The notes under the pieces are model-generated. The model worked only from the letters and a program-made list of their open reading frames with translations, was not told the DNA's origin and made no database searches. This document shows, in pieces, positions 1-13,700 of a stretch of 64,000 nt of DNA. The DNA is taken from NCBI GenBank assembly GCA_053919585.1, contig CM132784.1; one strand, given 5' to 3'. Both the position numbers and the translations under genes were made by a program. The stretch comes from Euprymna scolopes (lineage: Eukaryota). Position 1 is the stretch's first letter. Each line of letters begins with the position of its first letter.

Positions 1-620
1 ATTTGGTAAATTGGATTCAAGGATGCCTCATCAAGAATTTGTTTATGTTAGACTTGAAGACAACCATATTGTAGTCAGTTGGAAAATAGGAAAATGGAAC
101 AGAGTTCCATAGGCGGCCAGTTCTCAGAAATAAGCTTTGTTCATGGAATCTACATTTAGGTTTAGGCGCAGGTAAAGAGTGGGGAAAATTATTCAGTGGT
201 TTCAGCTAGATGAGTGATTTTTGTGAAAGTCAGGTCGGGGGGGGGCATAGATTGGAGCTCAGACAAGCACTTGCCATGAAAATAATGATAAAGCAGAGAC
301 ATGGTGGTCTGTGGGAAAGAGGTTGCAGGGGGGGAATAAAGGCATCTCTCACTAGGCTACAAAGTCTATTTCGAATTCTGTCAAGGCAGGATAAGCTGCT
401 TCTAGCAGCTCATGCCCAGATCTGACAACAGTACTCCATTCATAAACCTACTTGGCTCTTATACAAGTAGAGAATTGCATCAGCAGTGACATATCTACTG
501 TAGCGGTAGAACAAACTATTTTTCCGGCAGCCTTGGCAGTGGATTTAATTTGAGTGTTCCATCTTAGATGAGGAGTAAAGGTCAGACCCAGAAGCTTGTC
601 AAAACATGGAACCTCCCCAA
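1..620 (-). mobile_element. Decayed 3' fragment of APE-type (CR1/Jockey-group) LINE
   Basis: Collinear with the 1863-2647 copy (ggtcagacccagaagcttgtcaaaaca etc.), with stops and indels. Confidence 0.85.
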
Positions 621-1862
621 AAAGAAATATTAATCATACACCAAGGATGGTTTATAATGAGTAAAATGTTTGTCTTGATGAATGAATGTGTACAGAAATA
701 ACTTAGCAAATTGAATTGCAAAATGTTAATTTCATGTTAATTGCTGACATATTATTACTTGTGCACATGTGCAAATTAATTCAGGCTTGAAATATTTTAA
801 TTTTAAATCTTTCTTATCTGTCAATAGCTCGTACAGTGATTTGGAATGCCATCTCGTGACAGCTTGTCCAGTAGTTTGGAATGCTAAATGTTTTGGTTTT
901 GATTCTGGCTTATGACAACCAAGTCATTTTTTGTTTTTTAAACTTTTGAAATCAGTAATATATTAGGTTATATAATATTCAATAAAGAATTGGCTCTGTA
1001 ATAATAAATACGAAATCTGCATTAATTAAAATATTTAAATGTATTTTATAACCAAGCCCCCCCCTCCCCACTAGTCTGTAATAAAAATCTGTGATCTAAA
1101 AGTTCCGTTTATAATATAAAGCAACTCTGTGCAGAAAACCAAACTAAAAATGAAAAAAAATCTGGTGTTATTCAAAGTTCTGTTTATGATTCAACTTAAC
1201 CGGAAGTGTTACTGTTATTTTATAGTCAGATCAGTTTTGCATGTTGTATATCCAAGTGTATTTATCATCAAACGCAAACGAAAGACTATTTAACATTCAT
1301 AACTAACACTTGGTGGACAAGTCATACAGAAGACTCAAGTTCAGTTGTCTCAGATATGCTTGAATTGCAAAAAAAAAAAAAAAAATCGTGAATTTTATTA
1401 GTTTATTAATAATGCATAGTTAGTTTATCTTGAAAGAAAATTCACAAGTGATGTTAGATTCTCAAAACTAATAAATGTTCTAGGCCGTGTGTCTCAAATC
1501 ATTTGGACAAAAGCGTGCGCCATGTGACAAATACAAAAAAAAACAGTAAAATAATTATCAAATGCACCAAAAGGTCAATTGAATAAAAGTTATGAATCCG
1601 ACACCAGGCACTTGCATGGAAAGGAACAACAAACGTGATCAATTGTCAAAAAGATGTTAAAAGTATAATGGCCATTTCAGCAAAAGGTTATACAGGTGTA
1701 ATCAAAGTCAAGTCAGTCTAGTGAAACAACAATGGCTGAATAAAATGCTCGTTGGTGTGTGGATACAGTGACAATACCATTCCAAAGGGGTATTTTAGGT
1801 GGTCACAAAAGGATATTGTTGTTTGTTGAAGATTTGGAGCAGAGAAGAATCAATGTGTTGAA

Positions 1863-2647
1863 TTTTTTTTTTTTTTTTTTTTACACAGTGATCACCACTT
1901 ATCAAGGCCCGGAAGCCACTCAGGGATAAGGGTTATTGCAAGTACATCACGTTAGTGAGGAGATTTTATGAAGTGTTTAATTAGGGGGGCGGTTCATTAG
2001 GAATTTGTTAACATTAGACTTGAAGACATCCAAGTTGTAGTCCGGAGGGAAGCAGGCAGACGGAACAGAGTTCCACAGGCGTGCAGTTCTAAGAAAGAAG
2101 CTTTGCTCATGAAATCCGCGTTTTGATTTAGGCACAGATATAGAGTGGGGGAAATTTTTCACAGTGGATTCAGCTAGACGGGTGTTTTTCGTGAAAGTTT
2201 GGCGAGGGGGGACCAGGGATTGGAGTTCAGACGAGCACCTGCCATGAAAATAACGATAAAACAAGGATAGGCTCGCAACGTCTCTTCTGTGGGAGAGGGG
2301 TTGCAGGGTAGAGAAAAGGGCATCCCCCACTAAACCACGAAGTCTATTTTGTACTCTGTCAAGGCATGATAGGCTGTTTTTGGCAGCTCCTGCCCAGATA
2401 TGGCAACAGTATTCCATCCTTGGCCGTACTTGGCTTTTATATAGATAGAGAATTGCATCAGTAGTGAGATATCTTCTGGAGCGGTAGAAGGATCCCACCA
2501 TCTTTCCTGCGACCTTGGCAACAGACTTGATGTACGTGTTCCATTTCAGATCAGGAGTAAAGGTCAAACCCAGAAGCTTGTCAAAACACGGGGCCTCACC
2601 CATCCATCACAATTGATGCCAGCTGGGGATCAGAGCGTTGATGATGA
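1863..2647 (-). mobile_element. Young 5'-truncated APE-type LINE, RT C-terminal region, polyA tail and TSD
   Basis: Open 208-aa ORF with YCCHIWAG and [15 protein letters not shown] motifs; polyT 1863-1882; TSD TGTTGAATTT at 1856-1865 and 2648-2657. Confidence 0.93.
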
Positions 2648-2848
2648 TGTTGAATTTCTGTGTGTGCATCTTTCCTAGCAATCAACCATCCATCACTGAC
2701 AATGAAGCTAAATTATGTTTTCACATTTCAGTGTGTTGTCATTCTTTTGACCACAGCAGAAATACAACAATATTTCTGTAACTTTTATCAATTCATGAGA
2801 TAAATTTTAATTATTTTGTTTATTTTTTATTTACTTTTTCTTTTTTAG

Positions 2849-3471
2849 GATGATTCCTCTGGATTGTCATGGCGAGAAGAGCGCGAGTTGAAAAGGGCAT
2901 TGTATGCTTCTTTACAAGAGAGTCGAAAGCTAAGTCGGCAACAACAGCAGGAACCGTGCTTAGAAAACCACCAAAAGCACTCCTTCAGCTCACCGTCCGA
3001 CACAAATCACAAAACCATAAATAATCACACTTCGGCCGCGACCACCAAACAGACCATCACCACTGCCAACAATCACACCAACAGCACTACCATTACCACA
3101 ACCAGCAAAACCAATCCCATCACAACATCCACCTATAAAAGAAGTAGCCACCATCACGTCAACAACCATCATACTCATCTCAAAAATCATTCTTATAATC
3201 ATCATTATTACAATAACTCACCATACAAGAACCGCACAAATTCTGGTAACAAGGCACCGATCTTGGCACCGTCATCTTTTAATCACGTATTGTCATCTTC
3301 ATTGTCATCTTCTTCATCCTCCAATAAATCATCATACAGCAATAAATCCTCTTCCGCGTTCACTGCCAGAAATTCGGTTGTAGATGAGAATAGCCGAGAC
3401 TCCATGAAGCCTGTCCTTGGAGTTGGGGCCCGTGTAAGGTCAACAAGCATACCAACTACAGATATCAAAAG
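2849..3471 (+). CDS. JARID2: JARID2 exon: ubiquitin-interacting motif followed by His/Thr/Asn/Ser-rich linker
   Basis: tttag acceptor; [27 protein letters not shown] resembles human [27 protein letters not shown]; donor AG|GTAAGC, phase 2. Confidence 0.93.
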
Positions 3472-6400
3472 GTAAGCGGTTTGTCATAAACCTGACACAA
3501 TTTTTCATATGCATCTTCACATCTCTCTAAGAGGCTTTGTCTGTAGGTCGGTTATGCTTCAGTTTGCAATACCATTTTCATAGCTGAACTAGTGTTAAGA
3601 CAATCTGAATTGGAGCATATTGGGAGGATAGAAATCAGAAAAAAATGTGCCTATTTTCCGATGCCAAAAACGATTCTTGTAATATTTTTAGATTATTTTA
3701 ACTTAATTTTCAATTGCTGGTAATGATAAAATGATATTTATTGATTTTAAATTATAAATAAAACTAAAAAATCACCCCTCCGTATTTAAGGTATGTTTGT
3801 GAAAAATGTATTCACATGGTAAATGGGTTTTTACAGTAATCCAAAAAAAAAAACTTTATCAATAAATATTTAGAGATTTAAAAAGAATTGAAATCAGGAG
3901 TTTATAAATGGAATCAGTAATTGAATATTTGATTTTTAAATTACCAATGAAACTAAAATCTACCTCCTCATACTTGTTTCCGAAAATATATGCACATATT
4001 GCATGAGTTTTTAAGGTAATCCGAGAGAGAGAAAAAAAAAGGCTTTATAATTAAATATTTAAAAAGAATTAGAATCCGGAATTTAGAACACAATCGATAA
4101 TTGTGTTGGAATCATCCAATCACTAAGCTAAACACGCAGATTTGAAAGATGCATTATATTTTGAATGTATCTCTGTAAGAAACTATTTCAGGCCATTGTT
4201 CCGTGTTTAAGTTTACAACAAATATTTATTTCATTAGTGAATTATGGCAAATATTGGGCCATGTTAAAAACAATAATTTTATTTCCAATCGATTTTGTAA
4301 ATTTTAATATTTAATCCTGATCAATATTTTATTTTTTATTTGTCATAAAGAAATGTAATCGTTTCATACCTGCCCGTGTAAGTTAATCAATTAATGTGCT
4401 GTACTTAGACAGCTTGAGTTTAAACTTAATTCAGGGCAAAATTATTTTTACACCTCCCCCCCCCCAAAAAAAAAAAAAATTGTTGTCCAGAATTCTCCTA
4501 TATCAAAAAAATTTTTCTTTTAAATCTGTATAATATACCCACGACAAAACAAAAAATTATACTCGAAAAATCGTATAAAATTATAAAGTAGTTTATTTTT
4601 TAATAAGAAAATCAAATTGTATGAGTATCCGGAGAGTGACTCTCTTGTTGACCATTTTGAATAAAAATGAAAACAAAGGATATAATTCCACAATAATTCT
4701 AAACTGTCCAGATTTATGTTGTAATGCCTATGAATTTCCATTAAATGCATGAAAATGATTTTCTTTATAAAAATAAAACTACTTTATCAATTTACATGAT
4801 TTTTGAAGTATTTTTGGTTTTGTCACAGGTATATACATCATACAGAAGTTTCTTTACTTTTATTTTTTAATATGGGGAAATTCTGGCGAAAAAAAACAAA
4901 ACAAACTTATTCAATATTAAACAGATTAGTTAGTTTTACTTTTATATTTTTGTTTGTCTTAGATAATTTATGAAAATTAGAATCTCGGCAACATCAGGTA
5001 GCCTTGCTAGTAAGGAAAATGAGTGCTGAATATCATAATTTTTAAGAGTGGGAGTATGGCAGAATCTTAATTTATGCCAAATTAACACTCATATGTATAA
5101 CTGGGAAAAAAAGATTTTGTTAAGAGGCTCTCTATAATCTTTTTGGCAACATTTAAAAATAAAAACAGGAGGCCTCCAGGGGGCTGCTGCAACTGCTACT
5201 CCTCCTTAGAAACAGAGAGTTTATAACTAAGTAGCACCGATTACATGAGGCATTAAAGTGTGAATCTGAAACAATTCTTTTGAAATACTAGATTTTATTT
5301 TTACACACCCACACTAGTTGTACCTAACCGGAATTGCCCAATAGTATTCTTTTGCTTTTCGTTTTTTAAATTATACTTTTTTTCTCCCCTCTCCTAACTA
5401 TCGTTTTTGTTCCAATTTTTTTTACAGTGTTGGTCATTTTAAAGCAAGGTTCTTGTCTAGAATTCCTCTTATATTAAAAAACAAAAATTTTTAAAAAAAT
5501 GTGTAATGGAACAAAAATGTCATATTACAAAAATCATGTAAATTGATGAAGTACTTTGATTACTTAGAAAATCCAATTTTATGAGTAAGCAAAAAGAGTA
5601 TCTCATGTCGTCATCTTGAAGAAACAAGGGCAGATAACTTTGCACTAATTCGAACTTGTGAAACCAGTTTTGTAATACAATAGAACCCCGGGATATGGCA
5701 TTAAAATTAGTAAGAAAATACAGTACAGTATACACATGTATATAATCAAATAGCATAAATAACACCGTAAGCAAATACTGAACCAGGGGCCGAAAAAACA
5801 TTGTAACCTGAAAAAAACATATCCTAGAGTCACTGTGTCCCAGGGTTCTACTGTATCTGATTTTCTGTTAATTGCTTAAAATCATTTATAAATTATTTTC
5901 TTTATAAAAATCACACTACTTGATGAATTTACATCATTTTTGGAATATGATCTTTTCCTTTTGTCATGGATGCATACATAAAGATTTTTTAAATTAAAAT
6001 TTTTTTATTTTTTTTATTTGAAGAGATTCTGGACAATCTCTAAAAATAAATTTTCCCCAGATAAGTTTCTTTTTCTATAAGGAATTAAATCAAATTATAA
6101 TCTCTTATTATTGTTAACATGGCTGTAATGATCTACAAAAAAACACTAATTAATCACAGTAAAATATTTTGTCAGAAGCAAGACCTTGATGACAAAAAAA
6201 AAATGATAAAGAGACTGACTTTACTTTATATACTAGATAAGAGATGTTTATTTGTTTCCTAATTACATTTTATTATTTAATCTATGAACTTGAAATTTAA
6301 TAGGAATAGTTTTGCGACTTAATAATTGCAGATTATTTTAAGGGGTCATGTTATTCAGTTTTCTACAAAGAGGTGCTCAAAAGATTAAATTCTGCACTTA

Positions 6401-7251
6401 ATTTTTTTTTTACTGATGAATTTAATGAAATTTAAACCCATTATACCAAATAAGTGAATGAGGTGACCTTGTGTTTGCGAGTTTTCCCATTATGGGTTAT
6501 ACTGTTAAGCAAACTGGCAATCTAGCATCTTTTTTTGACAAGGAAGTCACCACTTATCTTGGTCCGAAGGCCATTCGAGGATAAGGGTTAATGAATGTAA
6601 GGTGGTAGTTTAATAATTGTTGATGGTGTAGATTGGATAGAATTTGGATTAATTAAGAGGACTGCTCAACAAGAACTTGTTTACATTGGACTTGAAGGCT
6701 ACCATATTGTAATGGGCTGGAAAGCATACCAATCGGACAGTGTTTCACATGCGAGCAGTTCCAGGAAGGAAGCTTTATTCATGAAATCTGCATTTAGAAT
6801 TAGGCACAGATAGTGGGGAAAATTGTTGATAATGGTTGTAGCTAATCGAGTGTTTTTTTTATGGAAGTTTGGCAGAGGGAGGAGCATAGATTGGAGCTCA
6901 GATGTGCACTTGCCATGAAAATAACAATAGAGCAGAGACAGGCTCGCAACATCTCTTCTGTGTAAAAATAAGAGTGACAGAAGTGAGAGTGGTAGATACC
7001 GCATGGAATAAGAGCAGGAGGTGTGTGTCAACATATATTGAGAGAGGGTGAAAGTGATTAAAAGTTATTAACAGATGGACCATTTGATACTTGAAAATTA
7101 TGGTTATTCAGAACGATTAAAATGAAAATTTTATTTCAAACATAACTCCATCGTCAAATTAAGGAATTTGTTAGCATATGTATTTTGCGTAATTAAAATG
7201 TATTCAGAAAAGGGTTTAGAAGAACAAGTGTTGATTGACAGCGCTTTAGTG

Positions 7252-7291
<40 letters not shown>

Positions 7292-8079
7292 CAATTTCAG
7301 TTGAATTAAATCGGTCGGTTTAGCTCTTATGCATAGATCATCATTAAATGATTAGATCTGACTGACGTAAAAAACATTTAAAAATAAAATGTTTAATTTT
7401 AACGTTATTTCACGCAGTTAACGGTAGCCGAATGGATACGGTCCTTGCTAATCAAGCCAAAGATGACTTGTGTCGCCGGGTTCGAATCTATCGACTGATG
7501 TTAATCGTGACACCCTGCACTGAAGATTCCTGAAAGGATGAAACACTAGTGTCTGTAGGTATTTAATTATTATAGTAAATAATTATATATATACATACAA
7601 GAAAAATTGTTGATGGAAATAAAAAATTGAATAAATTACAATATCTATTGATCCACCAAAAATTCACATAAGGAATTATAATAAAGAAAAATCCTTAACC
7701 CATGGATTTTCAAAGATACTCTTTTCATCAGAGGATAAATATTTGTAAAGAATGTATCACTGATTAGCATATATTTTAATATATTTTTTAATGTTTTAAT
7801 ATTAGTTTTGAATATATTTTTAAATTTATGCTAATCAGTGATACATTTTTTTATTAATATTTATCATTTTATAAAAAGAGTATCTGAAGACCCATGAGTT
7901 AAGGATTTTTCTTTATTATAATTCCTCGTTTAAATTTTTATTAAAAAATATTGCAATTTATTCAATTTGGATTTGGATCATTAGTTTTCATGCTTTTTAA
8001 TTGCTCTATCTACTATATTGAATTTTCTATTTTCTCGATAGGATCTAATATAAAGATAATATTTATCTTTGTAATTTTT

Positions 8080-8127
<48 letters not shown>

Positions 8128-10746
8128 TAGCATGCCACCTGGCATTACCTGTAAAAAAAAAAAACACTTATATATAATATTTTCATTAATGCAGATTTCG
8201 TATTGGACTCAATATATAGTTATGATTTAAAAAGTTAAAAAAGACAATAAAAAAAAAAAACACCTGTGCATCACCGAGAATTGAAACCAAAACGTTTAGC
8301 TTATGATTTACTTTTTCCTTTGATGTTAATGCTTGAGCTATGAAGACCTGTTTGCTGCAAGGCTAAAAATTAAAACCTGAACTAATAACTATTACGTTAC
8401 ACATGCATATTTGTAATGCCGTCATTCAACCTTCACGTGTCAAATTCCATTTTTTCAATTTTCACTTTTGCATTGATTTTCCCCAGATAAAACACAAATA
8501 TAAAGTTTCACATGGGCTTGAATACCCTATATATTATGTTTCATGCCTGGAGACCAAAAACTGACTGGAGTTTGGTAGGCAAATTTTTTTAAAAACAAAA
8601 ACATATATATATATATATATACACATACATACAAAAAGGTTTGTATTTACTATAACCTTTTTATGCGAATATTATACAAGTATAAATCATGTACAATATC
8701 TGCATGAATATAATTACACATAATAATTAACTAAAGATGATCATCCCATAAGAAAACCCGAAAAATTGCGAATTAATTAAAATGAATGTTTAAAAGAATA
8801 TGCTAATTAGCTAGATCTTTTGTAGGTGAATGCAATTCCACGACACATATATAAGAAACTTTTCTTTTTAAATAGATAGAAATGATTTTTAATATGGATA
8901 TTAGCACGCCTAAAAAAAACCCAAATTTATAGAAGTATATATATATATATATATATATGCAATTTAAGATAAGAAAAATTGAAAAAATAAGTGTTAATTT
9001 AAAAGAATTATTTTTTGCAATGTTTGCTTAATTGAAAAAAATACTGCCTAGATATATCACTGAGCATCAGTGATGACCATCTAAAAATGTTTTTGCTGTG
9101 TATAAAATAAAATAGCAACTCATAATTAAATGAAAAACAAGTAAACTTTACAGTCTGAAAACGTCTACTTCAAATTACTAGTGTTTGATATTGGCTATTG
9201 TTAGAGAATCAAGCATTGTCTCAGCAGTATAATGTGTTGTGAACGGCATCTCTGCACACGACTGAGTTATGACTAATTTTCTCATTTGTCACTGACTCTG
9301 GATGTCTGGGTATATTGTAGGCGTTAAAATGTTTTATTTTTAAACACAATGAAAGAATCTCAGTAATAGGCTCTGTTCATTGGTTGGTCTGTCCTGCTTA
9401 ACTTTGAAATAGCATTTATTTTGGTCTGCCACATTTATGATTAAAATAACTTTTACTTTGGTCTGTCAGTTATGTTTGAAATAACTTTTACTTTGGTCTG
9501 TTACGCTTATGTTTGAAATAACTTTTACTTTGATCTGTGACATTTGTTTTATATAGCATTTACTGTGGTCTGCCACATTTATGATTTAAAATAGTATTTA
9601 CTTTAGTCTGTCACGCTTATGTTTGATATAGCATTTACTTTGGTCTGTCATGCTTATGATTAAAATGACATTTACTATGGTTTGCCATACTTAGATTTTG
9701 AAATATATAGTTTTAGCAACCTTTATCTGTAAAGTGTTTTATTAAATCAACTCCAATACATGGGAGAGGGGCAAAGAGGAATGGTTTTGCGAATGTCTAA
9801 ACTTTTGATTACTAGTTTTTATTCAAAATCCACTAAAATGTTGCATTAATTTATTTACATAAAAAAATCTGCTGACACCTTGCTATTTTTGTGTAAAGCC
9901 ATTCTTTTGAACAATATTTTTATGAGATAATAAAAATGCTTACATGTATGAAGTTATGTAAAATTCTAGTCATACTCCCTTTTTGATCTAAAAACAAACC
10001 TGAATTGTAAGGCTTGCCCTGACTTCTTTATGATAAAATAGGTGAATATAGAGAACTTATTTTTCCTTATATTAGTCTATGTATACATATGGCTTGTGTC
10101 GTGTGTAAAATGCATATAAAGGGGTCATCGAATGCTATCACAGTGCAAGAAGTGGAAATATGTCAGAAGAAAGACTAAAACAAAATGATATTTTTATTTT
10201 ATTTTTATTTTTTGTTTTTGGTGAATCTCACATGAATCTTAACTTCTGCACACGATGATCTAGTGTGTGCAACTTTGTCATAACATATTTTCCATCAGTA
10301 CCTCTATGATTAAGTAAAATTTACTAAAAAAAATAAATGAATTGCTCTATTTTTTTCATTTTCAACTAAACTTAATGTTTTCAAAGATGTGAACACGTTT
10401 CTCTATTGAAGTCATTTTAGTTAATTTATGTTTGCACATTTTAAAACTTAAGGTTGGCAACTCTTATTATAGTCTTTAATTTAAAATGAGTTCTCCTCAT
10501 TGCTAATTTTTTATATTTTGGTGATTATTTAAATATTTCAGATAATCAGTCAATCGGGGCCAAACCAAGTAATTTTTTAGATTGTAGCAAAATGTTATTG
10601 CTAATAACAATAGCAAATGAAAATTGGTTAGCCAGAAGCTAAGTTTCATTTGTAAGTCTAAATGCTATTTGGGTGTGAGTTTAAAAATCTAATCGAATAG
10701 CAAGACACATTAGATTTATTTTTATTTTTAATTTTATTGAACTTTA

Positions 10747-10778
<32 letters not shown>

Positions 10779-13700
10779 CAGGACAAAAATTCATGCTCAA
10801 AGAAAATTTGCTCAGGGCTCACTTCCATCAACTCCAAATACAACTCCAAACAAAGCCAAGATGTCTCCCCTTTGCCTACCCAAACGTGCAAAAACTGAGG
10901 ACTTTCTCACCTTTTTATGCCTAAGAGGTCAGTTGGTTTATTTGATCCTGATTTAAGCAAACTTTGAAAATTACAATTCACACTATATGTAGGTGATTGG
11001 ATACCGACATAGATTGATGAGTTTAGGTGCCAAGTTCGAACCATATCAGTTCTGCAGCACCATTTTCACTATGAATGTTGACAACCTTCACATGATTACT
11101 CCTATGAGTACCTGATTTTAGAAAAAAAAATAAAAACAAAAAAATGAGTAAACCAATGCCAACAACAGAATCGATTCAATCAAATGTCAGACTGTGCTAA
11201 TTCAACCAAATTTACATTTTTTAACCTTACTTCCCCTTCTGCTATTTGGTTTTTCTCAGTTTATTTTTTTTGATTTTTTCATTCAAAGTTTAGGACAATT
11301 TGCATAGATAGTCCACTTCTATCAAATATTGTAATGAAGAGGGGCAGCTTCTCTTGTGTGTGTGTTTGATTTTTTTGTTTGATTTTTAATGGAAATCATT
11401 CCAGACAAGACGTGAAGCCATTTGATGTTGGGAGCTAAACAAAACAAAAAAAAAGAATTATTAGTTCAAGGCCAAGTGTTAGATGGATAGATTCTGGCCC
11501 AGAAAACAGCAATTTTTTTCCACTTTGTCAGAAACATTGCTCATAGAATGTGAGGACAGAATAAATGAAATAAAAATTATGAGGTTCCTGAAAGTAAACT
11601 AAAGATCCATTTTCTATGCTCCAAATTCATTGTTCTCATTCTATCAGCCATAGCCATGTAGAAGTGTTAATTATTTCATTATTCTTAATTATTGTCTGTA
11701 GTAAGGCTTGAATGTTCAACCGTCAGAATACTGTCGCATAGAACCGATTGTTAGTCGATGCCTTTGACCATTACGCCACAGGTCCATATGGAAAAGATGC
11801 AGCTGATGTTCAGAGATTATATCATCTGAAACATTGTGAAAATATCAACCAAGATAAGAATGATATATATGAGAAGATTAGTCCGAATAATCCAAATAGG
11901 GATTATTAATCCCCATCTTAAAAATTTCAGAACACAACCTTTTTTTTGTTTACTTTATTTTTTGTCTTTTTATCTTATTCTTTTTTTACATTAATTTCTT
12001 ACCTTTTTTTTTTTTTTTTTTACATTTAAAAAAAAATTGAAAAAATTATTCACTTTTTTTCAAATTATTGACTTTTTTTTCAATTTTGAATAAACTATTT
12101 CCTTCCATCTTTCTTTTTTTTTGTTTTTGTCCATCTTGTGCGATCCGACAACAGGTAGCTCAGTTTTGCCATCCCACCTGGACTTTTTCAACTACACAAG
12201 TAAGGATTCCGCAGGAGGCGAGAACAGTCGACCACCCACTCCCGCCAGCAGCTGTAAACAACAAAACAATTCATCTTCATCTCGTGCCCAAACACGTGAG
12301 AGCTCTCCACTTTCAACAGCAACCAGTACCAGTAGCAATGACGATGTTGCTGATGTCTTGCCTTCATTTCACGTAAGTCAAAATCAGTTTAGGAAATTTA
12401 GAATTAGTGCCTACAATGTATTAAATTTGCATATGAGATGCAAAGTAAATGTTTAGAAAATTCTTTAGTTAATTTTTTGTGAAAAATTGCATCTTATCAG
12501 TTTTCTTTACTCATTATTTAAATTATATACAGTACTAGCAAGACTTGTGTCCCAGTGTTGCCCAAGGGAAATATAAAACAATAATTTAATTAAAAAAGAA
12601 AAACTATTATTATCAATTCTGAAAACAAAGCAAGAAAGAACTCTTTTCACTACAAGTAATTTAGGTGATTTATTCATGTTTTGGCGTTGATCTGCAGAAA
12701 ATATGAAATAATGATTCAATTTAATAAAATGCTAGAGGTTAACAGAAAAAAATTATGAAAGACCCATATGATTGTAATAGCAATACACATGGCCGTTAAA
12801 ACGCTTTGGATAATCAGATTTCAAGTGGTTTCTGCTAAAATAGTCATATTTTAAAAACCAAAGCACTTTAAGTCTTCAAAATACCATATTCAGAAGTGAA
12901 TATACTTTTAAATGAATTAGTAAATAATAACATACATTATATATTTTTAGAGTTTTAAGCAAATAAAGTGATAAAAAAATCATAAAACAGCATTTTCGGT
13001 AAGTTTTTGTAACCCCCCTTCGTACCGTGTTTCTGTAAAGAATTTTTTAATGAAATTTGGAAATTAGCCAAAAGATGTCATTTTTAATAATTTTGAGTGT
13101 CCGAAATTCATTTGACCACTTGTTTTTTTGTTGTGTTAAAAAAATAATTTCAAAATGGTGAGTATTGAAAATTTTGAAAAAAAAATTTCTTCGGACACTC
13201 ACTATTAAATAAAACTCTTTTTACTATGTTTATTCGTTAAAAAGATGATTGGACAGTGTTTTCTCTAGTGGTATGTAGCAATTTAAAAACATAATATCTG
13301 GAAAAATCGTTATGAATTTGAATCAAGACTTCTGTAGTATTAGTGATAGTAGCTGTATCAGCAGCAGCAGCAGCGATAACATGGCGTAAACAGACGTTTG
13401 TTTTTGTTGTTTATTTTTATTCCAAATCGATTTTTTTTATTTTTTAAATTGAAAATCTGGTTATAAAAAAAGTTCTTACATGTTATAGAATTTAAATACT
13501 TGATATTTTTCCAAGCATCATGTTAGAGGGACGTCACTTTTTTAAATAACATTTAACTGTTTGTCATAATTCTTGTGAAGTTCCACAATGGGTATCAAAC
13601 ACCCTCTTAAAAAAAAAACACTTAATTCTATGTCTAATCCTAGGTACAAGTGGCAAGTCTCCTCCTAAAACCTTTAGCCTTAACAATAACGCTAAGTACA

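Noticed and set aside
7421-7495. Genuine tRNA gene (also tRNA-like pieces near 11000, 11750, 27300, 33160)
   Set aside because: A/B boxes present but no complete cloverleaf; SINE-derived.
9385-9705. CRISPR-like array
   Set aside because: Eukaryotic context, contiguous degenerate units with no unique spacers; a minisatellite.
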